From assembly GCF_004010195.1 (NCBI RefSeq), contig NC_057750.1:17196225-17233278 (forward strand): a stretch of 37,054 nucleotides of DNA. The letters are read 5' to 3'. Each line of letters opens with the position of its first letter. Position 1 is the first letter of the stretch. The position numbers and the translations under genes were made by a program. Shown piece by piece: positions 22,834 to 33,527 of this stretch. The DNA is from Chiloscyllium plagiosum (Eukaryota). The notes beneath the pieces are model-generated. The model was not told the origin of the DNA. It saw nothing but the letters and a program-made list of their open reading frames with translations, and did not search any database.

Positions 22834-23648
22834 TCCAAGGACTCAGTAGCCTACTCTTGTTCATATGTATGATTGCAAGTAATTGTAGGCTTAATATTGG
22901 TCATTGGGAAATGTTATAAAAATTGGGAATTTTATAAAATATGTAATAGCATGGAATTTAGAAATACATAATATCCTCAAGCAGAGTCAGCATAGCTTCC
23001 CAAGGGGAAACAATACCTTACAAGTGTATTAGAATTCTTTAAGGAGGTAATGAACAGGATAGATAAAGGGGAAGCAGTAGATATAATATATTTGGATTTC
23101 TAAAAGGTGTTCAATAAGGCACCACATATTAGGATACTTAATAAGAACCCATGGTCTTGGTGGTAATATATTAGCACTGATAAAGGATTGGTTAACTTGA
23201 GATGAGAGGGCATTTTCAGGATGACATCCTGTAACTGGTGAAGTACCTCAAGGATCAGTACTAGGGTCACAATTACGTACAATATTTATTCATGACTTGG
23301 ATGATGGAAGTGAATGTATTGTAGACAAGTTTGAGCATGACACAAAAAATAAGAGGAAAGGCATGTAGTGAGGATGACACAAAATCTCTTCAGATGGATA
23401 TAGATTGAGTGAGTGGGTGAAAGCTTGGCAGTTGGAATATAATTTAAGGAAATGTAAGGTTGTGCACTTTGATGGGAAGAAAAGAAGAACTGAATATTAG
23501 TTAAATTGATAACAAGTGCAGAAAGCTGCAGCATGGAGGGGTTTGGGGGGGTGGGGAGAGGTCCAAATGCATGATTGACAAAAGACTAGCATCCAAATTC
23601 AGCTGGTTAGAGGAAGGGCAAACGGAATGTTGGCTTTTATTTAGAAGG

Positions 23649-23754
23649 TGCTGAAAATGTGTTGCTGGAAAAGCGCAGCAGGTCAGGCAGCATCCAAGGA
23701 GCAGGAGAATCGACATTTTGGGCATGAGCCCTTCTTCAGGAATGTATTTAGGAA
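23649..23754 (-). mobile_element. Short Penelope pseudo-LTR insert with a degenerate hammerhead and 13-bp TSD
   Basis: Minus strand ATTC-CTGAAGA-A-GGGC-TCAT-GCCC-AAA-ATGT-C-GATT (G12>A). TSD TTTATTTAGAAGG at 23636-23648 and 23755-23767. Confidence 0.87.
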
Positions 23755-23861
23755 TTTATTTAGAAGGGAATGGATTACAAAAGTAGGGAGATCTTGCTAA
23801 AACTATATCAGACATTGGTCCAATCACAGCTGGAATACTGTGAACAGTTTTGGTCCCCTTA

Positions 23862-24525
23862 GTTCAGTCAGATAGATGGGTGACTGTCAGGACAGGGAGG
23901 AAGGTAATTCAGGAGTCTATTGTGGCTATTCCTCTCTCAAACATATATACCATTTTGGGTACAGTTGGTGGGGAAAGTCTCTCAGAGGAAGATACAAGTG
24001 GCAGCCAGATTTTCAGCACCAAGAATGAATCTTCTGTTAAGCAGGGCTTGTCAAGGTTCAAAAGAGTAATTGTAATAGGGGACTCTCCTGTCGGGGACAC
24101 AGACACACGATTCTGCAGCCGTGAATAAGAATTAAGGATGGTATGTTGCCCCCCCTGGTGCCAGGGTCAAGGATGTCTCAAGAAGTTCCAGGGGAGAGTG
24201 AAAAGCCAGAAGTTGTTGTACACGTAGAAGACATAGTTAAGGAAAAGATAGAGTGAGTACAGGAAGTTAGACAGGAGATTAAAAAGCAGAACCTCAAAGG
24301 TGGTAATCTCTGGATTACTCGCAGGGCCACTTGCTCATGAGTATAGGAATAGGGATACAGGGAAGATAATTCCGTGGTTCAGAAGCTGCTGGATCGGGCA
24401 GGCATTCAGCTTTCTGGGGCAGAAGAGATCTATTAAAACAGATGGGTTTCACCTGAACTGGAGAGGGACTCATATCCTGGTGGGAAGATTCACTTGTTCT
24501 ATTTGGGAACCTTTAAACTTGTTGG
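23862..24525 (+). pseudogene. CR1 ORF1 fragment (SGNH esterase-like domain), decayed
   Basis: DRWVTVR...VAIPLSN...VIVIGDS...MVCC.PGARVKDVS...VVISGLL...DGFHLNWRG, the SGNH blocks of CR1 ORF1p. Confidence 0.88.
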
Positions 24526-24639
24526 AGGGTGTGGTCCTAAGTAGTAGATATTGTACTCATTGCAGTTTAGAAGAATGAGAGGTGGCATTATTGAACCGTA
24601 AAGGATTATTAGGGGGCTTAATGGGGTAGATGTGGACCT

Positions 24640-25390
24640 ATCTGAATTATCTGACCTATCACCTTCATCCCCTCCCCCACTCACCTATTGTACTCTATGC
24701 TACTTTCTCCCCACCCCCACCCTCCTCTAGCTTATCTCTCCACCCTTCAGGCTCTCTGCCTTTATTCTTGATGAAGGGCTTTTGCCCGAAATGTCGATTT
24801 TACTGCTCCTCGGATGCTGCCTGAACTGCTGTGCTCTTCCAGCACTACTAATCCAGAAGAAGGAAGATGGACAGGTCATGAGGGCGGTGCTGAATTGGAA
24901 GATTGGAGCTGGGATAAGGTGGGGGGAGGGGAAATGAGGAAACTGGTGAAATCCACATTGATACCGTGGGTTGGAGAGTCCCGAGGCGGAAAATGAGGCA
25001 TTCTTCCTCCAGGCGGTGGGTGGTTAGGGATAGTGATGGAGAAGGCCTAGGACCTGCATTTCCATGGTGGAGTGGGAGGGGGAGTTGAAGTATTCAGCCA
25101 TGGGGCAGTGGGGGTTGGTTGGTTCGGGTATCCCAGAGATGTTTTCTGAAGCGCTCTGCAAGTAGGCATCCTGTCCCGCCACGATAGAGGAGACCACAGT
25201 ACATGACATGTGTGGAAGTGCAGGTAAAACTCTGATACATGTAGAAGACATAGTTAAGGAAAAGATAGAGTGAGTACAGGAAGTTAGATAGGAGATTAAA
25301 AAGCATTGTGGGCACATGTTTTGCAATTCCTGCAATGGCAGGGGAAGATGCCGGGAAGGGAGGATGGGTTTGTGGGGGGCATGGACCTGA
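24640..25390 (-). mobile_element. Penelope-like element: GIY-YIG endonuclease region (minus) with an inverted pseudo-LTR (plus, about 24640-24858) carrying a hammerhead motif
   Basis: Minus strand FPCHCRNCKTCAH, QSFTCTSTHVMYC-GLLYRGGTG..LAERFRKH, AEYFNSPSH, LEEECLIFRLGTLQPHGINVDF. Plus strand 24764-24799 ATTC-TTGATGA-A-GGGC-TTTT-GCCC-GAA-ATGT-C-GATT. Confidence 0.92.
25236..25305 (+). repeat. 70-bp direct copy of 24219-24288 embedded in the Penelope ORF
   Basis: 68/70 identity to the CR1 ORF1 segment 1017 bp upstream. Confidence 0.95.
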
Positions 25391-25484
25391 CCTGACTGGA
25401 GATGACCAAGAAGACAATTATGCCTCTTTTGGTATCACTCTTGAATTCATAGCCTTCAGGCTTAGGGGCCAAGTCATATAATGG

Positions 25485-25625
25485 GGAAACTCGAGCATAA
25501 GATCTAGACTAACAATCCAGTGCAGTACTAAAGGTGTGCTGTGTTGTCAGAGATGTTGGCTTTCGGGTGGGATGTTAAACCTTGTCTGCCCTCTTGGCCT
25601 GCTGTAAAAGTTTGCAGGGCATTTA
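25485..25625 (+). mobile_element. DeuSINE (SacSINE1/AmnSINE1-like) Deu-domain fragment
   Basis: CCAGTGCAGTACT..GGTGTGCTG...GATGTTAAACC..GTCTGCCCTCT. Confidence 0.7.
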
Positions 25626-25649
25626 GGATGTGTGCTCTGACCAAGCATG

Positions 25650-25785
25650 AAACCATCATATGTAAGAGCAGAAATAAGTCATTCAGCCCAATGTGTCTCC
25701 TCCACCATTTAATGAAATTGTGAGGATCTGATATTCCTCAGCTCCATTTTCCTGCCTTAGCCCCATGATCCTTGCTCACTTCTAA
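25650..25785 (-). mobile_element. CR1 3' tail fragment
   Basis: AGAGCAGAAATAAGTCATTCAGCCC...CTCCATTTTCCTGCCTT is a reverse-complement CR1 3' UTR. Confidence 0.7.
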
Positions 25786-26154
25786 ACAATTCAGACGATG
25801 CTTTTATCCATCATACAAAAAAAGCCCCTGTGAACCGCTTTTGGGTAGACAGGAAAATCTCCCAAAGGACTACTGGACTATCTCCCTAAAAGCTATTTTA
25901 GCATAAACTGTGACATTACCTAAAAAGGGAACTGACTGTGTACTTAGAAGGAAAAGCTCTGGTTAATGAGGTAGCAGGGTATAGTTGCAATTAGTTAATT
26001 TTCCTACTTTTACAAGCTAATTTCTAGCAGATTCTGCATGACGCTCTCCAAACTCCCACAAACTGCAATGCAAAAATTAAGGATAAACATTAGTCAGGAT
26101 GTTGGGGAGGTAAAACTTTTTTTGATGTCATGTCCAAAACACAGCACTTTCTGC

Positions 26155-26290
26155 ACTTAAGCATTTCTTCTGATCAAACTCTATGACAGTATTTCAGAAT
26201 AGGGACGTGCTGCATTGCCAAAGGTACTGTCACTATGGCATTAAACTGAAGCCCAATTTATTCCCCCTCTCAGGTGGATGAAGAACAGAG
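26155..26290 (+). mobile_element. DeuSINE Deu-domain fragment
   Basis: GTGCTGCATTGCCAAAGGTACTGTC...TTAAACTGAAGCCC...CCCTCTCAGGTGGATG. Confidence 0.6.
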
Positions 26291-26494
26291 GCATAATCAC
26301 CCCATGATCTCTCTCTCTCATTATCAGGGGAACCAGAAGACCCTCGTGACTCTATAGTTGAATGCAGTGATGTTTTCCTCTGGCACTGGAGTCCATAGTA
26401 GATGTTCAACCATACCTTGCTGGCATACTGGGACTCTAGAGATGGCACACTTATCTCTGATCAAAATGCTATCAATTCACATTGCACTGCAGTG

Positions 26495-26985
26495 CCTTGA
26501 GCAGTAAATCTAGGCTGGTACTCCAATACAGTACTGCAGTGTCAGAGGTGCTGTTGGACCTGAGGCATTGGATGATTATTGAATGCAAATCATGTGTAAG
26601 TGCCTTGGGGAAAAGGATAGGTGAATGGCACGAAGAGAGGATGCTCATTTGGAGGTCCAGTGCAGATACGATGGGCCGAGTGACTTCCTTTGGCCTCTTA
26701 ACAATTCTGTGATAGTGTGGGATGCCCTTGTTCACAACAAAAGTTAAATTGTAGATTGTGTGCTTCTAGACAGTTGTCAAAGTAAACAACACTACTGGGA
26801 AAAGAAGCAGGGGCGTTCTCCTTAATATTCTGCTCAGTGTTAATTCCATAATTGGCATCACTAAAACAGTGTTATCTTATTGCTGTGGAAACTGACTACA
26901 TTACAACCATATAAAATTCAATATATAGTATGTGAAATGCTTTGAGAATTTGGACATAGTGAATTCGGAAATGATTTATTTTTCT
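26495..26985 (+). mobile_element. DeuSINE interrupted by a CR1 3' tail (about 26555-26715)
   Basis: ATCTAGGCTGGTACTCCAATACAGTACTG...; GAAGCAGGGGCGTTCTCC...CATCACTAAAACAG...CTACATTACAAC; CR1 tail ACGATGGGCCGAGTGAC...ATTCTGTGAT. Confidence 0.65.
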
Positions 26986-27479
26986 GTTTTTTTTTGACAT
27001 GGCCCCAGTGTTATTTCTCATTGCAGCCTCTTCAGAGGTAACTGAACCTGCTGATGCACTGTTTTTCATCCACTGCCCAATAATCTCATCTGTTGCACTG
27101 CCCATAGCCACAGCCTTGGTTAGCACAAAGACTTTCAATCCTACCCGTCTATTGCTAACAGATTGCTGCAGTGAGCCTGGCCTGATGCTTTGTTTGCCAC
27201 ATTAAAGCGAGGATATTGTTGAGCAAATCACTGTATAGTGTATTCAGTTCCCTGTATGGATACGGTCAAGCATTTGCAAAAAAAACATTTTTCAGGGTGC
27301 CACCGTCCCTTTTAACACACAGGGTAACGCAAAATATCAGCTCCTATTGTACTAAGAGAGCTCGGCTGCAAAGTGTCATCATAAGTCTCAGAATGCTCGG
27401 TTCAAGGCAGTTAACAGCGTGGGATGTACATTGATTGCCTTTCCCAACCAGGGATTGCTGCCAAGTCCCACCTTCAACG

Positions 27480-27710
27480 CACAGATGACGTCAACCAGGC
27501 ACACTGACGTCTATAGAGCTGTCTGATCAGTCAGGCCTGAGGGAGCACAACTCTGGCTATCTGAATGATGTTCTGACTTTGTTGGGCATTTTATCAGCTC
27601 GAGGCTGTTGAATGTGTATGGACTGCTGAGTGCAATCATTGCTCTGTGGATTCAGTAAAGGGGGATTTCTTGAAGTTTAATCTTATTTTCCTTCGGAGGA
27701 AGTGAAACAG
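27480..27710. promoter_or_regulatory. Candidate enhancer: paired CRE sites, kB-like site, Ets-IRF composite
   Basis: TGACGTCA 27486-27493, TGACGTC 27505-27511, GGGGATTTCT 27661-27670, GGAAGTGAAAC 27698-27708. Confidence 0.35.
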
Positions 27711-28289
27711 CAACACGCATTTTTAAATCTTTTTTGTTTAACCCCCATATTTTAAGATTGACACTGTATATGCTTCAGCAAGTAACATACAAGAAACAGC
27801 CTGTTTTAAAACTACATGGATTTAGTAGAAGGTATGCACAGAAACAGATTAGTTAACCCATCTGGCCCACATCAATGTATATATTTCTCACAAACATTTG
27901 TGCATGCCTCTTTCTCTCATCCTAACAGTCTAATATTTTTTAATCCATTCCTTGCATCTTCATATGTTTCTTCAGCTTCCCCATAGATGCACAGCAGAAT
28001 GTGACCAAACTTTAACAAAGGGCTCCTTTTCAGAATTGCATTAGAACATTGACCCAAATAACATTTACCAAAAAATTTTTTTAAGTGTCTTCATGAGCCA
28101 TGTCTGCAGATGAAAGACAGCGGACGTGATGTACTTTCCTCCTGTAGTGAAACCAGTGATTACCTTTGTGCTGATTTATTTACAATGCTGTCATACATAA
28201 GCTCTTGAGCTGTGCTGAAGACTGTGATGGGTTTACCCAGTTGAGAATCAGTTTGAGCTTACAGCCACAGCAGAGAGGAGAAATGGCGG

Positions 28290-28611
28290 TTGTCTTTTCC
28301 CTAGGAAGGGGGGATTTCAAGACTACGGGGCACATTTTTAAGGTGAAAGAGAGATTTTAAAAAGACATTGGAGGCAAAAGTTTTACACAGAGGGTCGTTT
28401 GCGTGTGGAATGAACTTTCTGAGAAAGTGGTAGACACAGATACTATTACAATGTTTAAAAGACATTTGGATAGATACATGAATAAGAAAGGTTTGGAGGA
28501 ATATCGGTCAGGAGCAGGCAGGAGGCACCACTTTAGTTTGGGATTATGTTTGGCATGGGCTGATGGGACCAAACGGTCTTTTTCTCTGCTGACTGACTCA
28601 ATGATTCTATA
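28290..28611 (+). mobile_element. CR1 LINE 3' end
   Basis: WNELSEKVVDTDTITMFKRHLDRYM; ATGATTCTAT tail. Confidence 0.9.
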
Positions 28612-28699
28612 GGTAGTGTTTAGTTTAGTAATATTTTAGTAATATCCAAATTTGATCCAGTCAGAAACTAGGAATTCTGTAATAAGTAACCCATCTCCT

Positions 28700-29165
28700 G
28701 AGTCCCCAGAAACCGTCTACCGTCTACAAGGCGTTGGTCGGGAATGAGATAGAATAGTCCCCTGAATGCTTAGCTATATGAGTGCAGCTCCAACGATATT
28801 CAAGAAGCTCAACAGCATCCAGGACAAAGCAGCCCACTTGATTAGCACTACATCCACCACCTTAAACATTCATTCTCTTCACTATCAATGCTCGGCAGCA
28901 GCAGTTTATACCATCTGCAACACGCATAGCAGAAATCCTCAGACAGCATCTTCCAAACTATCAATGACTTCCATCTTGAAGGACAAAGATAGCAGATACA
29001 TGGGAACACCACCACCCTCAAGTTCCCCTCCAAGTCACTGAGTCAAAATCCTGGGACTTGGTCCCTATCAGCACTTTGGGTGTCCCTACACCATACGAAC
29101 TGCAGCAGTTCAAAAAGGCAACTCATCTCCAGTTATTCCTAGGCTAAATTGCTAGAGAACTGTGC
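28700..29165 (+). mobile_element. Family-B LINE 3' fragment
   Basis: MSAAPTIFKKLNSIQDKAAHLI...LNIHSLH; homologous to the reverse complement of 30180-30600. Confidence 0.85.
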
Positions 29166-29809
29166 AGGGGTACTGCAGATGTTTATATATAACACTTCAC
29201 CCCAGCCCCCCCACCTCCTATTTGTCCATCTAGACTCATTACCTCCTCCGCACCATAGGTTGTGATTTGTGTGGGGGGAAAATGCTTTAAAAACAGTGAA
29301 CAATAATTTATAATTTAGGTAAGACCATTTGTTTATAGATTGTGGCATATTTCCCATTCATTGTTCTGCTTGGGAAAAGGATTGAAGTGAGGGAACATAG
29401 CCAGATTTCCATGTTTCCATTTATCACATTGAAAAGATGTGTATACTGGATAGTTTTCAACCCTGAATCAGGTTATTGACCTAAAAATATAACTTCTGTA
29501 TTAACCACTGATTAAGAAGGAGAGACTCAATCCACTTTCCTGTCTGCCTTAGAAATCTGGACAATAAAAGAGCTTTGGAAGGAAACAGATACTTTGAAAT
29601 TGAGATGTTAAGATGCATGTTGAAGTTCCATATACAAACTATAAAACAAATTTGAAATTACAAGGGCGAAAATAATTCCAAAATGGGACATTCAGGAAAG
29701 AAAATGTCACTATTTCAGTGGATGTGTGATGATGGCACTACATAGGTAAGTGTGGCACACCATGGCAGCAGATCTCCCAGCAGGAATAGCCACAATCTGT
29801 ATTTTGGAA

Positions 29810-30033
29810 GAATGACTCGACTTGCTTGAAACATAAGATCCTGAGGGGTCTTGCCAGGCTTGCTGTTTCCTTTTGTAGGAGAATCAGCAACTGGGGGGGG
29901 GGGGCGGGGGGGCACCATTTCAACATAAGGGCATGCCCAAAATACAGATGCAACATATTTGTTTTCTCCCAGAGGTTGAATGTCCTTGAAAAAGGCATGG
30001 AAATGGAGTCTTTGAATCTTTTTAAGGTGGAGT
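29810..30033 (+). mobile_element. CR1 3' fragment, decayed
   Basis: TTGAAACATAAGATCCTGAGGGGTCTTG...GAGTCTTTGAATCTTTTTAAGG. Confidence 0.7.
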
Positions 30034-30035
30034 AG

Positions 30036-30177
30036 AACTTGAATTCAAAATAAAGCTGGAATTAAAAGCTAGCCTAATCGTGTCCATGTAACCATATGGA
30101 TTGTCATAAAAACTCAGCTGGTTGACTAATATAATTTGGGAAGGAAACCTCCCATCCTTTTCTGCGCCCGTCTACAT
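30036..30177 (+). mobile_element. Body fragment of the SINE / family-B 5' region
   Basis: TGAATTCAA...CTGGAATTAAAAGCTAG...GACTAAT...GGGAAGGAAACCT.CCATCCTT aligns with 1215-1345. Confidence 0.7.
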
Positions 30178-31327
30178 TTTTTTTAATGTTCACTCATGGG
30201 ACATGGTTTTGATGGCTGGCCAGCATTTATTGCCCTTGAGAAGGTGGTAGAGAACTGCCTTCTTAAACCACTGCAGTCTACAAGCTGATGGACAACCCAC
30301 AGTACTCTTAGGGAGGGAATTCTTGGATTTTTTGACCCAGTGACTGTGAAGGAACTGGGAAATATTTGCAAGTCAGGATGGTGAGTGGCTTGGAGGGGAA
30401 CTTGCAAGCAATGGTGTTCCCATGTATCTGCTGCCCTTGTCCTTCTAGATGGAAGTGGTCATGGGTTTGGAAGATGCTGCCTAAGGATCTTTGGATAATT
30501 TCTGCTCTGCATTTTGTCAATAGTACACACTGCTGCTACTGAGTAATGGAGAGAGTGAATGCCTGTGGCTGTGGACAGGTGTTGGGAGTCAGTTACATAC
30601 CACAACATTCCTAGCCTCTGACCTGCTCTTGTACCCACTGGGTTATGTGTCCAGATGGTAAATCAAAGGATGTTTATAGTGGGGGATTTAGTGATGGTAA
30701 CACCATTGAATGTCAAGGGGCGGTGCTCAGCTTATCCCTTATTGGAGATGGTCATTGGGCATTCGCCTAATGCAAGTGGTACTGGCCACTTGTCAGCCCA
30801 AGCCTAGATATTGTCCAGATCTTGTTGCATTTGAACATGGATTGCTTCAGTATTTGAGGGGTTACAAATGGTGTTGAACATTGTACAATCATCGGCGAAC
30901 GTTCCCTTTTCTGACTTTGTGATGGAGGGAAAGTCATTGATGAAGCAGCTGAAGAAAGTTGGCTCTAGGACACTACCCAGAGGAACTCCTGTAAAGATGT
31001 CCTGGAGCTGAGATGACTGATTTCCAACAACCACAATCTTTTTCCTATGTACCAGGTATGACTCCAGCCAGCGGAGAGTTTGCTCCCAATTCCCATTGAT
31101 TCCAGTTTTACTAAGGCTCCCTGATGCCACACTCAGTTGAAAGCAGCCTTGATGTTAGGGGCTGTCACACGCATTTCACCTTTGGAATTTGGCTCTTTTG
31201 TCCATCTTTGAACCAAGACTGCAATGAGGTCAGGAGCCAAGTGGCCCTGGTGGAACCCAAACTGGGCATCACTGAGCAGCTGATTGCTGACCGGGTGTTG
31301 TTTGATAGCACTCTTGATGACATGGTG

Positions 31328-33527
31328 TAAGAGAGTCATGGAGCTGTACAGCATGGAAACAGACCCAACTCATCCTGCCGACCACCACTTAGGTCCCTTT
31401 TATGTCTTGGGATGAGAGGGGAAAGATATAAAAGGGACCTAAGAGGCAACTTTTTCACGCAGAAGGTGGTACGTGTATGGAATGAGCTGCCAGAGGAAGC
31501 GGTGGAAGCTGGTACAATTGCAACATTTAAAAAGGCATTTGTATGGGTATATGAATAGGAAGGGTTTGGAGGGATATGGGCAGGGTGCTGGCAGGTGGGT
31601 CTAGATCAGGTTGGACCGAAGGGTCTGTTTCCATGCTGAACATCTCTATGACTCTATGACCAGATATCCTAAATTAATCTAGTCCCATTTGCCAGCATCG
31701 GGCCCATATCCCTCTAAACTGTTCCTATTCGTATACCCATCCAGATGCCTTTTAAATGTTGTAAATGTACCAGCCTCCACCACTTCCTCTGGCAGCTCAT
31801 TCTATACATGCACCACCCTGTGCATGAAAAGGTTGCCTCCTAGGTCTCTTTTAAACCTTTCCCCTCTCACCTTAAATCTATGCCTTCTAGATTTAGACTC
31901 CACTACCCTGGAGAAAATACCTTGGCTATTCACTCTATTTATGCCCTTCATGATTTTATAAACTTCTACAAGGTCACCCCTCATCTTCCATAGCCTATTC
32001 AGCCTCTCCTTATAGCTCAAACCCTCCAACCCTGGCAACATTCTTGTAATATTTTTCTGAACCCGTTCAAGTTTCACAATGTATTTCCTACAGCAGGGAG
32101 ACCAGAAGTGAATGCAGTATTCCAAAAGTGGCATAACCATTGTCCTCTACAGCCACAGCATGAGCTCCCAAATCCTATACTCAATGCATTGACCAATAAA
32201 GGAAAGCATCCCAAATGCCTTCTTCACTATCTTGTCTACCTGGAACTCCACTTTCAAGGAACTATGACCTTGCACTCCAAGGGCTCTTTATTCAGATACA
32301 CTTCCCAAGACTTTACCATTAACCATATAAGTCTTGCCCTGTTTTGCCTTTCCAAAATGCAGCACCTTACATTTATCTAAATTAAACTCCACCTGCCACT
32401 CTTTGGCCCACCGGCCCATCTGATCAAGGTCCTGGTGGACTCTGAGGTAACTTTCTTCACTGTCCACTACACTTCTAGTTTTGGTATCAGCGACAAACTT
32501 ACTAACCATACCTGCTTCGTTCACATCCAAATCATTTATATAAATGACGAAAGGCAGTGGACTCAGCATCGATCACTGAGAAAAGCAACCCTCCACCACC
32601 ACCAGTTCTGTATCCAAATAGCTAGTTCTCCCTGTTTTGCATGTGATCTAACCTTGCTAACCAGTCTACCATGTGGAACCTTGTCAAACGCCTTACTGAA
32701 GTTCATTTAGATCATCTCCACCACTCTGCCTTCATCAATCCTCTTTGGTACTTCTTCAAAAAACTCAGTCAAGTTTGTGCGACATGATTTCCCAAGCACA
32801 AAGCCATGTTGACTATCCCTAATGAATCCTTGCCCTTCCAAGTACATGTAAATCCCGTCCCTCAGGATCCCTTCCAACAACTTGCCCACCACCAATGTCA
32901 GGCTCAGTGGTCTATAGTTCCCTGTCTTTTCCTTACCACCTTTATTAAATAGTGGCATCACATTAGTCAACCTCCAGTCTTCTGGCACCTCGCTTGTGGC
33001 AACTGATGATACAAATATCTCAGCAAGAGGCCCAGCAATCAATTCCCTACCTTCCCACAGAGTTCTAGGGTACGCCTGATCAGGTCCTGGGGATTTTTCC
33101 ATCTTTATGCATTTTAAGATGTCCATCACCTCCTTTGTAATGTGGACATTTTTAAAGGTGTACCTATTTACTTTTCCAAGTTCTGTAGCTTCCATATCAT
33201 TCTCCACTGTAAACACTGATGAAAATACTCATTTAGTATCTCCCCCGTCTCCTGCAGCCCTTGCAGATCTTTAAGAGGCTGTATTCTCTCCCTAGTTTCC
33301 CCTTTGTCCTTAATGTATTTGTAGAATCCCTTTGTATTCTCCCTAACCCTTTTTGCCCTCCTGATTTCCCTCTTAAGTATACTCCTACTGCTTTTATACT
33401 CATCTGGGGATTAATTCGATCCTTGCTATCTATATCTGACATATGTTTCCTTCTTTTGCTTAACCAAACCTCAATTTCTCCATCATCTAGCATTCCCTAC
33501 ACCTATCAGTTTTGCCCTTCATCCTAA
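31328..33527 (-). mobile_element. CR1 LINE, 5'-truncated (RT to 3' end)
   Basis: ORF 32707 KSPGPD...VPEDWR...GNYRPLSLT...SQHGF; FVIYINDLD..KFVAD; LEYCIHFWSP...SRRHRFK. Confidence 0.95.
31408..31657 (+). mobile_element. CR1 3' end inserted antisense in the 3' UTR of another CR1
   Basis: GGAATGAGCTGCCAGAGG...GGGTCTGTTTCCATGCTG...CTATGACTCTAT tail. Confidence 0.9.

Larger units (their letters stand above)
19590..22870 (+). mobile_element. Decayed CR1 LINE ORF2 segments (at least two copies), EN-linker through RT to 3' UTR
   Basis: PWLxKEV-like linker twice; LGSSDHNM; VPLDWKIQNVIPLLKIGGKQKVGNYKSISLTS; GVPQESMLRPQLF..YINDLD; 3' UTR near 22600-22870. Confidence 0.88.
22871..24635 (+). mobile_element. 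CR1 LINE RT fragment carrying nested PLE and ORF1 inserts
   Basis: SQHSFPRGK..LT..LEFF, IYLDF, VPQGSVLG and LEYCEQFW motifs; resumes at about 24540 (FRRMRGGIIE). Confidence 0.82.

Noticed and set aside
32707..33216. Active reverse transcriptase gene (and other 60-180 aa RT/EN-like ORFs)
   Set aside because: All are frameshifted, stop-interrupted LINE fragments; no intact ORF2 exists in the window.
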